NCBI RefSeq assembly: GCF_001194135.2
Contig: NC_068982.1
Coordinates: forward strand, 165,026,327-165,081,346
Length of the DNA: 55,020 nucleotides
Direction of reading: 5' to 3'
DNA from: Octopus bimaculoides
Taxonomy: Eukaryota
Position 1 is the first letter of the stretch; every line of letters begins with the position of its first letter. The notes beneath the pieces were generated by a model. It was not told the DNA's origin. It made no database searches and saw nothing but the letters and a program-made list of their open reading frames with translations. Both the position numbers and the translations under genes were made by a program. Shown here piece after piece: positions 25,395 through 38,804 of this stretch.

Positions 25395-26929
25395 GAGAGA
25401 GAGAGAGAGTAATAGTAAACAGTATATTTCTTTTTATAAAATTTATCGACTGTAATAATGTAGCCTTCAAGTTGACACTAACGAATTTAAATGAAGAATG
25501 CAAAGAAGCTGTAACATTTTTGCCATTTACAAAGGATTTAAATCTACTTTATATCAGTTTATAACTCATAAATGGTATTATTACTTTAAATTTTTTAATC
25601 GATACGAGAACTAGGTTTGTCTCTCACCGACATCTGCGCCGTGTAGCTGAAAATTTAGGCCAGTAGGTAGTTGATTATTAACTCCGCATAATTTTCTTTT
25701 ATCTTCAAGAAACATTTCGAAACCATCTAGAAATTGTTCTAATTCAATACTGTCTCGCTCCACTAACTGCAGATAAATTGTAATAAATTGATCTGCTCAG
25801 CAATAGGAGATCATACGTAACTGGATAAATATATGCAGTTCAATGGTTTACAGTGCAGAGGAAAAGGCATTTGCTGAGAGAGTATGCGTTAAGAAAGCAG
25901 TGATGTTTATTTTATTGTTGTGCAATGTGTGAAAATAAGTCAAAGATTAGTATAGATTTCAACTGAAAATTCTCTCTCTCCTTTATCTCTATCTGTCTCT
26001 CATTTTTATACACACATACATACACACAATCATGCACACAGTTGTATGCATGTATGTATGTATGTATGTATGTGTGTTTGTGAGTGTGTGTGTGTGTGTG
26101 TGTGTGTAAGTTGCACGCTGATAAGTGCAACAGTTACAAATCGTAGAATGTTAGTATTTTATTTAGATTTGCATTTTCCTTTTTTTTTTTGTATTTTTTT
26201 CAATCCAATGCACTAAACAACTCTAGGTATCAAAGGCAATTATAGAAGAGAAAACACAAATTCCAATGTTTGTGAGATATGAACTTGCAAAAAAAGAACG
26301 TTTTATCGAAATTTGCCTTTCATGTGAAGCGACTTAGTACTAGAGACGCTAGCAAAAACATCTAGATAGCAAGTCAGAGTGATATAGCAAAAAGAAAGAA
26401 AAAAGTCTAATAAATCGATATTGAATGCACGAAGATTTCAAAGAGATATTTTTCTCCTACTCTAGAAGACAACTGGAAAATGTTCATACATGCTGCAGCA
26501 ATTGCCTAATGTATAAAGCATACTGTTTTACAGTAGTTATTTTGTCGACGTTATTATAGCTTCCTGGTTTCTTCTTCTATAAAGAATGCTATTCATGTTA
26601 ATAGTGTTATACTTGCCCAGTGGTCATTACTTGAGTAGCATCAGTTGTCATAGCTTAAGCATGCTAATCGGAAGAGGTTATATAATCTTTCATTTTGGAG
26701 AAAAAACTTAGGCGCAAACGTAAGAGGAGAAACATGTTTCATAATAAAGATTAGGACTATAATACGAAATCGGTTTCGAAAAGCAATGGCTTAAGCATGA
26801 AATCTTGATATGTAGCCATTTATTTGGAATATAAAATGATCCCTCATGTAGTTATGAATTTACATATAATATAATTTACTGAATAGCAGAAATTCCTCAA
26901 CACGGCTCCTTAGATCCATGGTCCGAAAC

Positions 26930-27195
26930 GAAAAACTTACTTTACTGTGCAACTTGCCAAAAATGTAAAGAATATTATATTGGTGAAACCAGAACGGAAC
27001 TGCATGACAGAGTTCGTGAACATGAACAACAAATTAAAGACCCCTCTGTCACAAACACCACTTGAAGTGAACACTTCGCATCATGCGGAAAGGGAAAATT
27101 CACAATCTTTTCTTTATTTAAGTTATGGTCGTACAACGATCGTTTCCAGAAATATAAGGAATTCCTCATTAGAAACAACAAACCTCTACTGAACA
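26930..27195 (+). mobile_element. Penelope-like element, GIY-YIG endonuclease fragment
   Basis: Reads KNLLYCATCQKCKEYYIGETRTELHDRVREHEQQIKDPS...SEHFASCGKGKFTIF...LIRNNKPLLN: GIY-YIG with CxxC, R.REH and terminal P.LN. This frame is not in the ORF track. Confidence 0.85.
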
Positions 27196-27369
27196 CATGA
27201 AATTATATTTCACCCCCACCCCCAATAACTGGATTACTAGATCTACAAGCCAAATTGTATAATTATATTATATTATTAGAAAATTAAAATTAAATTGATT
27301 AGAACTACCAGTGAAGTCATTTTTTTCTTTTTTAAATATACTTCAGCGTAACAAGGGTTTCACACATTT

Positions 27370-27423
<54 letters not shown>

Positions 27424-27485
27424 ATATCTTTACACACACATACATACATACAAACGCACACACATACACACGCACATGTATATAT

Positions 27486-28090
27486 AGGAGTTAAATAATA
27501 GAGTAAATGATATCTGGGCTACAGATGTATAGCGAGCGGAACCTCGGAAGTAGTAAATATCCAAGTGAGGTGTACACCGCAGGGTACTCTTCAGGCCGGA
27601 TGGTACCTTGATTCAATGAAGTTTATATTGTCGCAAGGAGGTACGTGTCAACACACGGTCGATTCGATCACAATGTGTCCCGACTGATAGCAAGAGTGTA
27701 GTGGCCAGGCAAGTCCTGATAACAAAAGCCAATTTTTTAACGGACGTCGATGCTTCCCTGGCCCATTAACTGAAGCCAAAACGAAGCTTCCTCAGCCATT
27801 TTCAGACACTAGCAACGCTTCGAGATGAAACCAGACAGCAGGTCTGGATACAAAGGCTTGGGAATAACAATCTTTCAATTGACATAGTGCTCTACTGCTC
27901 ATAAGCTCCCTCTTGGCTTATAGGCACTCTGAATTCCGTGGGAGATAACTGCCAGAAGCAACAGAACACAATAAAAAGTTACTTTGGGTAGATGGCCTAC
28001 AAAACCGTCCCAACTGCCTATAAATAAGTAGAAGTAGACCATACTCTTGGTCGTTACCTTCCATGACATACTGGCTTGTAGATCAAAAGG
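27486..28090. mobile_element. Unclassified interspersed repeat, long copy
   Basis: Higher GC than flanks; first ~185 bp homologous to 19625-19815; long but stop-interrupted frames on both strands. Confidence 0.55.
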
Positions 28091-28977
28091 TCATGAATTC
28101 AATTAAAACGCAAAGAACTGCGTAAAGAAATAAGAAACAATTACATAACCATTACACATCTAGGAATCGTGAAAAGAAATCAGAGGGGTTAAAACGTGAA
28201 TACAAAAACTAGTCTGAACAGGTGCATGTATTAATAAAAAGGAACCATATATTCGACGCTGGTGACACTGTACTAAAATACAGGCCTACTGCTCTTTCGA
28301 GACAGCTTAAAATTTTACAACACTGGGAGGGTCAGCACAGTGCATAGTGAATTGCCCAACCTCATCAGCAGTACCTCGCAAATGAAATTCTATTTCTCAT
28401 ACACTTCTTGGCATACAAAACATACAATTTCGATCTTCACATTTGTTGCATTTTCTATATAAATTTCTAATAGTTTACTTTTGAATGTATATATATATAT
28501 AAATGTATGGGTGTATCCGAATGTCTCTATGACATTTTATAGGCATTCTTTACAAACAAACTTCCAGCTCATTAGCAAATTAATTAGTTAGCAGCATTGC
28601 ATATATAATTATATAATTATATTACAGATATACATTCTTACATATACATACACACACGCGCGATTGGATTTCAAAGACGCGCATGCTACATTGTTATTTC
28701 CCGTTGTTAGATTTTCTTGTATAATTATATCAGAAAATGACAGTTAATTAGAGAAAGCTAAAATAATGATTATATATATGAAATGCATTCATCATATGCA
28801 ACAACTATTTTCGAATGTATTGGAAGTGTATTCGAAATATGCAATTAGACATTATGGTGGTCTCACTGTTTGAACATATATACACATATGCACACTTACA
28901 GAAATCTATGCATATATATATATATATAAGCATGTGAGTGTATATATATGCGTGTGCGCGCATATATAAATAAATAA

Positions 28978-29023
<46 letters not shown>

Positions 29024-29390
29024 GCATACATATATACATGCATACGTATGTGTATGTATGTGCTTGTCTGTGCGGGCGTACACGTGTGTGGAACAGTAAA
29101 AGGTAGTAGTAAATAAGAACAAAATCCAAAGTAAAACTACTTAATTAATTTTTATATGAAACTAAATCTTCTCGACGATTGACTTAAAGACATATGTTCG
29201 TAAATATATATGTAAATATGGACGTTTAGTTCTTTGATTGAATGCACTTTCATTTCTCTAGATATTAGTATTAAAATTCGTACATAAATCTTTTAGGCCC
29301 ATTGATATATTCGTATCTCATTACATGTATATTCATACTAAACACAAAGCAGAAATATTATGGATTTACCTTAATGTTATTTCCGGTCTG

Positions 29391-29595
29391 AAGGCCGCGA
29401 ACTGGCTGAATCGATAGTACGCCGAGCAAAATGCTCTGTGGCATTTCATCTCACGCTGTGAATTCAAATTCTGCCGAGACCTCCTTTGCCTTTCGTCATT
29501 TCTGGGTTGATAAAATATGCACAAGTTGAACATTTGGTCGATGTAATCGTCTTTCAAAATTTCTGGCTTGGTGCTAAAATATTAAACCAATATTA
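29391..29595 (+). mobile_element. SINE family B (near full length)
   Basis: aaggccgcgaactggctgaatcg (A-box-like), gaattcaaattc (B-box-like), tttgcctttcgtcatttctgggttgataaaatatg, tail aaaccaatattatt. Confidence 0.8.
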
Positions 29596-30325
29596 TTTTC
29601 GCTTCCTATGCAGTTATTATATTCCTTACGGAATAAAATTTTTTTGTAGCATGAAAATACCAAAATTCTTTCCTGTATATATTCTTTTCTTAACACAAGG
29701 TAGAAATGAAATGAAAATGCTATCTTTCATCTAAATCTAGATGACCCCTTAAAGAATATAAGCTATGAATATAATTTTAATTATAAATTACCGTTTCTAC
29801 ATGAAGCATGAATAACAAAACATGAAATGACTATAATAAATCTCTATAGAATCCTATTGCAAAACATCTATTAACATACAGGTTGAAGATTAAACCAAGC
29901 AATACCAGAATAACTAAATGTCTGCTCAAAAATAATCCTCTGCTTTTAATCGCGAGAAAAATAACCTGAAAAAGAAAATGAATTGATGCTAATCACTAGA
30001 GGAATAAATCAATCTAAGGTTATAACTTAGATCCCTCTAGGACCAGGGGATTACACTGAGAATCAATCTCAACAATGGTAATCATCGTTGAGGAAAAATT
30101 ACAGGAAAGGAGCGAATAATGAAGGATCCTTGCACGCTTAGTTTTATTTCAGTTACAACAGATAAAGAATCCGGTGAACCGAACATTAGTTAATAATTTG
30201 TTATTGCTGTCATTTCGAGAAAATTATGTAAGTTTAACCAAGTCAGTTTGTCTATAAACTATCATGGCGGAGTGCTTTTATTTCGGTCTATTTCAAATTC
30301 AATATGTGGAGGACTAACCTCTCAC

Positions 30326-30490
30326 CAGGGCCGGCTCAAGGTATCAGCACTTCGAGCAATCACCCAGAGCGCCATGTGCTAGGTCGTGCCAAGGAGGGTG
30401 TGACAAAGATAAGGAAATGTCCATAACCGTCAGCTTCTACACGCCGAAGTTCAGCTTCCCGGGGTGCCAGCAACCCTAGGGTCCGCCCTG
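30326..30490. mobile_element. hAT-type MITE, 165 bp
   Basis: Termini cagggccggctc and gggtccgccctg (imperfect TIR). Perfect 8-bp TSD CCTCTCAC at 30318-30325 and 30491-30498. Confidence 0.88.
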
Positions 30491-31606
30491 CCTCTCACTG
30501 TTGCACCAACTCAGTAACTTTGGCTTTGAACCAACAAATATAATTTCACATTAGGTATGTTACTAGATTAGCTAATATTCATAGACATATGTACATATGT
30601 ACATACGTACATACATAAATGCATACATATATATGTATATGCGTGTGTAAATATATCAATAAATGTATATATGTATATATATATGTATATGTATATGTAC
30701 TTACACACATATGTATATATACACACACACATATATATGCATGCATGCATACGCACACACGCTCACACACACATGCATATGTGTGTGGGGGGTGTACTTC
30801 TGAATATTGATATTTGAAATTAAATTTCAAATTGAGATTTAAATTATAACGCACCAAGTAATTTACTTTGTTTTTTCTCTTTGTGTTCTCATAATATTAC
30901 GCCACTCACATAAGTGTGTGATAAACATTGTGACAAATATGATCATAATGGAAATACACCGTTTGCAGCATGGAATTTTCTCAGTGAACAGGTCGCGGTC
31001 TCAAAGCGACGAAAATGTTTTGGCAAATTAAATTTAAATGTTGAAGTGAATCTAACGGTTTTTGTGTGTTTCTTAAATGACTTATAAACACCTTCCACGT
31101 TACAATTGTTTTCGTTCCAGCACACGATCTCAGATCAGGTCACCTGCTATGCAAGAACATATCAATAACACTATTTTAACATTTTTCCTAAATGATCTTG
31201 CCAAATTCGTAAGCAACTCCCCGAACTCTCTACTGTAGTCATGCGCGTCCGTGTATATGGGATTTTCTGTGCATGAGTCTTTTAGTGCATGGAAGACCTT
31301 TATTTCCAGAATCCAGCGATATGAGAAACGAATGTTCATGCAGTTCCTGTAGACTGGTCTCCATTTCGTGTCTTCAATAACATGAGATTCACTTACGATG
31401 CTATATAAATCATTAATCCTTAACTTGTCGTTCCTCCTGCAAGCATATTCATTTTCCTGCGACTAACTTTCCGATTAAGTTTAGAATATTCAATCTCTCC
31501 GAATTCCTCAATTGCAGATGGATTTCATATCAGATTTTTCCCTCTTTATGTATTCTTAAAACTAACAACCTAAAATTGCTATTTATGGGAATACATATAT
31601 TCGTAC

Positions 31607-31691
<85 letters not shown>

Positions 31692-32517
31692 CTTGAAAGT
31701 GGAAAGTTGAATCTAAATTTTTCTATTTGCATTACTCTTGAACGTGATTCAGTGAAAATTATATGACCGAGTTATGTAATCTTGAAATCTCTCACTCAGC
31801 AATAGGGAAAAGAGAGTAGAGCGAAATGATACCCGTTCCTTGTCAAAAGACGATCAAACATATACATATACTTCTGTCTAATTATCTATCTATCTATTTA
31901 TTTATGTATCCACTTCTCTATCTATCCATGAGAAATATACACACAGATACATACGTACATACATATATACATTCATGTATAGGTCCATGTATACATACAA
32001 ACATACATGCATCAATACGTACATACATACATAAATGCAAACAAATATACATACATACATACATACATACGTACATACAAACATACATACATGAATACAT
32101 ACATACATACGTACATACAAACATACATACATGAATACATACGTACATACACACATACGTACGTACGTACATACATGCACATACACATTTTATGGTAAGG
32201 AGTGAAAGGGAAGATATCGGAGTATTTCCAATGCAGGGTTCAAACCGAGCTCGTGTCTATCTACACTCTTGGATTACATTCTGTAGGAAAATCGAAATTC
32301 GGCTAGAATAGAAAAATAGATGCAACATTGGATTTCCCGATATTGAGGTTCAAGCGAAGAAGAAATTATACCCCAAATAAGAAGACACCGAAAAGTTTTA
32401 ACACATCTTTAATGACCATTTACGGCATTTCTCGCAAAGGTATTATCTGTTGTACATTAAAGTGACGAAATTACTATAACCCTGCTGCTTCCTCTGAGTG
32501 TATAATGTAAGTGAATA

Positions 32518-32549
<32 letters not shown>

Positions 32550-32562
32550 TGTGTGCGTGTGC

Positions 32563-32594
<32 letters not shown>

Positions 32595-32600
<6 letters not shown>

Positions 32601-33100
32601 TTATTCTTTACGATCTTGCTGGTTTTAGCTAAAGATTGGGTCCATGATGGAGCACAGCCTTTCAGTGTTTTGGGATCTCCTTTCTATACTGTGTTTTTTT
32701 TTCTTTGGAGAAGTGAGTTGGATGGAGCTGCTCTTCTTTGTGTCTCTTACAGCGATGTGAGTTTGTGTCATATCATCCTATGGTCAACTTTGTCGAAAGC
32801 CTTAGCAAAGTCAAGATATATCACATTCGTATTTGAGTAGATGAGCTATTCTTTCAGTTTCGAGTCGTAATGTTGTATTACCTGTGTGAGGCAGCTCCTG
32901 CCTGAGCATGTTGTGTGTTTGTCAGCAAGTTATTCTCTTCCAGGAACGTGATTAGTCTCCTTCTGATAATGCGTTCCATGACCTGGTAATATGTGAAGTC
33001 AGAGAGATAGGCCTGTAATTTTTAGCATCTGCTCTTCTTCATCTTTTATGGACAGGACATATGAAACCTTCTATGGATGACGAGAGGACTTTTATGTTCT
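32595..33100 (-). mobile_element. CR1-like LINE fragment (RT N-terminal domains), internally deleted
   Basis: Reads ICPVHK..RADAKNYRPISLTSHI, GRSCLTQVIQHYD and NVIYLDFAKAFDKVDH, then jumps to degenerate terminal sequence. Confidence 0.85.
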
Positions 33101-33469
33101 CTTGCTTTGTTTCATTAATTTTTTCGATGTCTTGTTTCGATTTTCACTATTTCTTTCATCGTTCACCCAACAACATAACATTAACGCATATTTATTGATA
33201 TCTTTCCGACTCGGTATAACCATTCTAATTTTGTTGGTTCTTATACTTTCTTTCCCTCCTCCTTCACTCTTATTCAAATGCCACGCGAAGACTTTGTAAA
33301 GCTTAAATTACAAATTACGCTTTCTGCGTCTCTTATAACTGTAACATGGATCAATTTCTGTACGCTAGAGTAACCAGAATTTTGATAGCCCCCTCTCTAA
33401 CCTCATTCAGTATTAGGGTGGAGGGAAAAACTTTCTTCTGAGCTCGAACATTTAGTTGTATGTTGCATC

Positions 33470-33710
33470 TTCCAGCGAATTGCAGTATATATCCCTTTCA
33501 CACTTGACGTTGTGAGACATCGTGGATCTGACAGCTGAAGAAGGATTGAGATGCATCCGCATTCCGATTGTAATTCAGTTTAGCTGAGCAGAGCGGAACA
33601 ATAAGGAATGCTTTGGCTCAAGGACACAACACGTCGTTCAGCATAGGAACTGAGGCTGCACTCTTATGATCGTGAGGGAAACACTAAACCATTGTACCAA
33701 GCACCTTCAC
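33470..33710 (-). mobile_element. SINE family C
   Basis: Reverse complement starts gtgaaggtgcttggtacaatggtttagtg...cacgatcataag...gtgttgtgtccttgagccaaagc. Confidence 0.65.
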
Positions 33711-34697
33711 ACCACCATGCGTTGGAACACAAATACATGACGCACACACATGCACAAAAAGAGGGAAAGAGAGAAAGAGAGAGAGACCGAAAAAATAGAC
33801 CTAACTATAGTAATTTAGATCAGAATAAGACCAATATAAATGTTTAATGAGCGAATTATCACATATGCAACTATCACAGTTTCATATTTTGTTGACTTAG
33901 CATTGTTAACACCATATTGTATATCACTTAACATAGCAGGATATTCAAATAGCTATTTATTTAAATATTATTGTATGCACCTTAATGTTTTTGTTTTGTT
34001 TTCATATTTTGTTTTACTCGGCTTTTCAATTTTTTTCTTTGTTTGGAATTTCTACTTAATATTTTGCTAACCTATCCTCACAGTTATTTAACCTCAATTT
34101 TGTTGGATAATTATCTTAATTTCTTTACTTTATACACAGCAGATGATTGATTTACAATTCATTTCGAATTTCGAAATAAATGAGAAATATTAAAGAATAT
34201 AAAAACAGAAAATACGAAAGAAATCTTCATAAACAAGAACAGCCTGGAGGTATCAATTAGTAACTTAGCGGGAAATAAGCAAACTAATTAAGCAAAGGAA
34301 GAAGAATAATTACTTTATTTAAGCAAAAATCTGCCCCAAAGAAATTTTGCAAACATTGACAGAGACATAATTTCGTTTTTAAGATCTTATTTTGCCAAGA
34401 AAATTTTTAAAAAAGTCCGTTGCAAAAATGTTCTTCTCTAATTATTATTATAATTTACTTGTAACATAGTATCACAAATATCGTATTATAATATATATAC
34501 ACACACATATATTTATACATTTTATACATATATGTAAATGCATGCATATATATATATGTGTATACAGCGCACACACACAAACACATGCATATCTGTATGT
34601 CTATATGTATATATGTATGCATATGCATATATATTTATACATATATATATATGTATACACTTATACATATATATATACATATATATATGTATAAGTG

Positions 34698-34707
34698 NNN
34701 NNNNNNN
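34698..34707. other. Assembly gap (10 N) between (TA)- and (TG)-rich tracts
   Basis: Ns in sequence. Confidence 0.97.
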
Positions 34708-34748
<41 letters not shown>

Positions 34749-35099
34749 AAAGAGATTGACTCACAAGTACCTTTAGCGTTAAAATTTACATATATTAACG
34801 TTTGTTATTACAATTTCATTTATATATATATGTACGCACGCATACGCGCACACGCACACACACACAGACACGCCTACACACACATACACATACACACATA
34901 AATGTAAAACTACCACTGCTGCTTTGATGCGAATGTACGCGAATATCTATTGGTATATATGCTACTTGATTTATTCTCGAAAATAGTCATAAAAACACGA
35001 GAACATATTCATTGCTCTAAAATCGCATTATGTATTGTTAATTCTGTCAAATTTCCAGATAAACATACCTCAAAAGACCCGAGTTGATTCACACGACAG

Positions 35100-35385
35100 G
35101 CATTATGAATGGCTGTGCAGCAAATACACAATCCAAGAGACTGATCCATGAAAGTCAGTGGGGTGTTTGCAGTTAGAAGAGGCAAAGAATAATCTGCATA
35201 GGTTGGTAAGGGCTAAAGAGGAAACAGTTGTCTGATGGAGAGGAAGAGTGGAAAAGTCAAGGCAAAATTCAACAAGCTCAATTAGCTTCGATGTTTGGGG
35301 GATGACTTCAGTGAATAGAAGATGACGCCTACACACCTTATGTGAGTATATCGACACTAAAAGGATATTTGATTCACCGTATACA
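35100..35385 (+). mobile_element. Degenerate LINE RT fragment (RTE-like)
   Basis: Ends in EYIDTKRIFDS, resembling the RT motif AYVDLKKAFDS; the upstream match is weak. Confidence 0.4.
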
Positions 35386-35394
35386 TATACATGC

Positions 35395-35487
<93 letters not shown>

Positions 35488-36710
35488 CTTTTACTCGTAT
35501 CAGCCATGCGGCTAATGTCATGCTGGAGCACCAGCGTGGTCCTTCTGATTTCCTCAGTCTCGGGTGTTTCCCATTACCAACCTTGCATGCACTTTTGTCC
35601 CAGCTGTTGGCTCATTTTGTGCATAAGAGTGTTTGATTCTGCTGCCCTCGTCTGCACCTCACGGGCTGCTGGTTCATCCGGTATTGTCTAGTTCCTTTTT
35701 GAGAACACCTACTTCCACCTTGTTTAGATTTCTTAATTTTTGTGACAGAGCATTGAAGAGCTGTGGGTCTTTGAACCCTGACGATTGCAGTACCAGATCC
35801 TGAGTTTAGATGGTGTGGCTAGTGCCTTTGTTACAATACAATGGCGGCCAGTTCTGGCATTTGTATAACACTCAATGCCGATATTAGGTATTAGCTCTTC
35901 TAAAGTTTTCTATATTTAGATTATTGCATATTTCTCGTGCCTTCGCTCCAAGGAAAGAAGTTGCAATTTTCTCAGCCTCTCCATGTAGCTCATCCGTTGC
36001 ACTTTTACAATCTCTTTAGTGTAGTGGCGTTGGACTGCTTCAATCTCCGTAGTTGGTTTGGCACTATGTGGTGACCATAACTGGGAGCAGTATTCCAGGC
36101 GGTTGTGAACAAATCTTCACCACAAGGTCAACGTAGTTTCTTGGTCTTTTATCTTGAAGGATCTCAGTATCCATCCTGCCAGTTGTCTACACTTTGCTGA
36201 CATCTTGGTAATGCGCATATCAAATGATGCGTCATTGCACATACTGATCACCAAGTCTTTCACCGCCTTTGACTCTAGGATTGCAGTGCATTCGGATCTT
36301 ATATATGCAGGCTGTAGTGCATTCGTGAGTTGACAATGCAATGCTTGAAATTTTCCAGCATTAAACTGCATGTTTATTTCGGCCCACTTGTATATCGAAT
36401 TCAGGTTGCGTTTTAAGCTTGTCTTTTTTTTTTTATTGCCTGTGATAATTTTGTATCATCGGCATAGCTAGTGACAGTGGCTGAGTGACCGTGGGCATGT
36501 CTACGAGGACTGTTATAAACAATAATGATTCCAGAATAGTTCCCTGGAGGACACCTCTTGGGATTTGAATTTACTCAGAAAGGGCACCATTGGCTGCAAG
36601 TACCTGACGTCTATCTTTAAGGAAGTCAAACAGCCACTCTCCCAGTTTACCAACAATGCCAAAGTCTCCTAGCTTAAAGCATATCATGCCGTAATCTACT
36701 TTATCAAATG
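35488..36710 (-). mobile_element. CR1-like LINE 3' half with 3' terminus
   Basis: Minus strand reads FDKVDYGMI..GIVGKLGEWLFDFLKDRRQ, GVSQGT, YADDTK-like, MQFNAGKFQ, VKDLVI, GWILRSF, RLEYCSQLWSPH, EAVQR, YMERLRKLQLLSLERR. The 3' UTR ends ggtgctccagcatg...ctgatacgagtaaaag at a (TA)n tract. Confidence 0.9.
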
Positions 36711-36814
36711 AGAGCACAGAATTGGGTTTATATAGCTGTAAATTTGTAAGTATCTTTCAATGATCTGAAAATTATTTAAAATAGTTAGAATACACTTTTA
36801 GCACGATTTAAAGG

Positions 36815-37060
36815 TCGGGCGCGTAGCCTCATTGTTGTTAGGGCGATGAGCACAAGTTCATAACGTCATGGGTTCGATTGTTGGACAGGGTGTATGTTGT
36901 ATCCTTGAGAAAGATACATAATTTTTGGTCGTTCCAGCCTACTCAGTTAGAAATAAATACCGCTTGACTCTTGATGTTGCGCTTCAGCTGTTGCACCCTA
37001 AATGTTCTGCTAGGATATCTTCTAAAGTGTTTATATTTGTTCAAGTCAACACAGGAATAT
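36815..37060 (+). mobile_element. SINE family C
   Basis: ggcgcgtagcctcattg (A-box-like), gggttcgattg (B-box-like), gttgtatccttgagaaagatac...ccagcctactcagttag core. Confidence 0.7.
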
Positions 37061-38447
37061 AAAACATTTAGTGGAAGCGTTGTCGACGCTAATGAGTTAC
37101 GGTTTTACTTTTAACTTACCAGGAGACTTTAGAAACATTCGTAGCAAAATATATTGTAAGAATTTAGAATTGGATTCAGTAGGAATTTATGTAAGAAATC
37201 GAAATACTCTAGATAGAAAAATGAGATTCAAATACTGTTCGTTGAAAATCATTTTTTTTAATATCTTTTAAATTGTACTCATATATATTTTGATCACTTC
37301 AACTTTAGTACGGGATAACGGACTAGCAACAGCATAAAGGGAATTTTTAAACAGCCTCTTGCTTCTTTTTGATTTGCGTTGCGTTTATGTATAGTATATT
37401 CATCCTGCACTGAATGCTTCTAGTAGGAGACCTCGAAGCATCCGCCACAATTTGATTATCTTACGCGACTACGATAAATTCCAGTTGAAAACTATCACTA
37501 TTACCATATGGAGAGGTGGTGGTTGTGGTTATGTGGGCTAATATTATTTCGTCAAAATGACGAAAAATGTCTCTATCGAGACCTTGAAGTGTTATGCGTG
37601 TTAAATTCTACTGAACAATGCTAAAAACATATATAAAAACAACTAACGGATTGTTTATTGATTCAGAAGTGGTTGGTTGATATTAGGAATAGAATAACTT
37701 GACTCTGAATCAAAAGCCGAAGATACAAGCATATATTAAATTTAGATTGTATACTCTTTAGGTTGACGTTAGAAGAATACTGAGAGACTAGGAAAAAGTC
37801 TGAAGTATTTCGAGAGGGATACAAAGCAATCAATGCAATCAATATAATCTTTTATATTTCTAGAGATCATGAACGTTTTGCCGAAATACATAGAAACTCT
37901 TTAAATGTCATTTGTTTCTAACGAGAGAAACTTGTCTGCCATTTACAACGTTGAACTATGGAGAAAATTGTATAGATTACTTTTGCAGTAGCATATTCTC
38001 TTAAGATTTCTGAAGTATAGTAACCATTCAGTTGGCTGCTGGAACATTTCTAAGTTCAGATTATGTTCTTTCGGTCTGTTTATTTCTTCATTTTGTATCA
38101 AAGGATTCTCTGTGTCTTTTAAAACATTACCACTACATTAAAAGATGTGTTACTATAATTAATCGTAAACTAACGTGTATTTTGTTGGGTTAATATATAC
38201 GGTAAGAGTAGAATAAGAGATGGACTAACGTATATTGCGTATTACAAATAAATAAAAGTCAAGCTAACACATGTAATTATAATATTTAATCTTACATAAC
38301 TCAATGTTGAAACGATCTCAATATGGATCTACATAATAGTTTGAACACAAGTTTGAATAGCATTCCTTAATCACAACAAAAATAATACGAAGACTTATAT
38401 GTACCCACCTTTTATTCATTCTCTTCTTTCTCTCTCACTATATATTC

Positions 38448-38555
<108 letters not shown>

Positions 38556-38804
38556 TTGTGTTAAACAAAATGAGACAACAAAGCCAGGCATGTGTGCAAT
38601 TTTCTGGACGTTTATAAAAAGAAAGCCATACAGCTGTTTATGGGATATTAGGGTTATCCCTTTATCAGAGACGATGTGAGATGGTTAAATAGAATGAAAT
38701 AGTAGAGTTCAATATAAGGAATTATTAAGAAAAATGATGGAAATAAGACGTATAAAGGAAAATAAGGGAATAAAAGTAAAAATAAAAATCTCTTACATAT
38801 ATAT

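Noticed and set aside
30943-31339. Two adjacent minus-strand ORFs (60 and 69 aa)
   Set aside because: No recognisable motif or splice signals; could be very old TE debris but cannot be supported.
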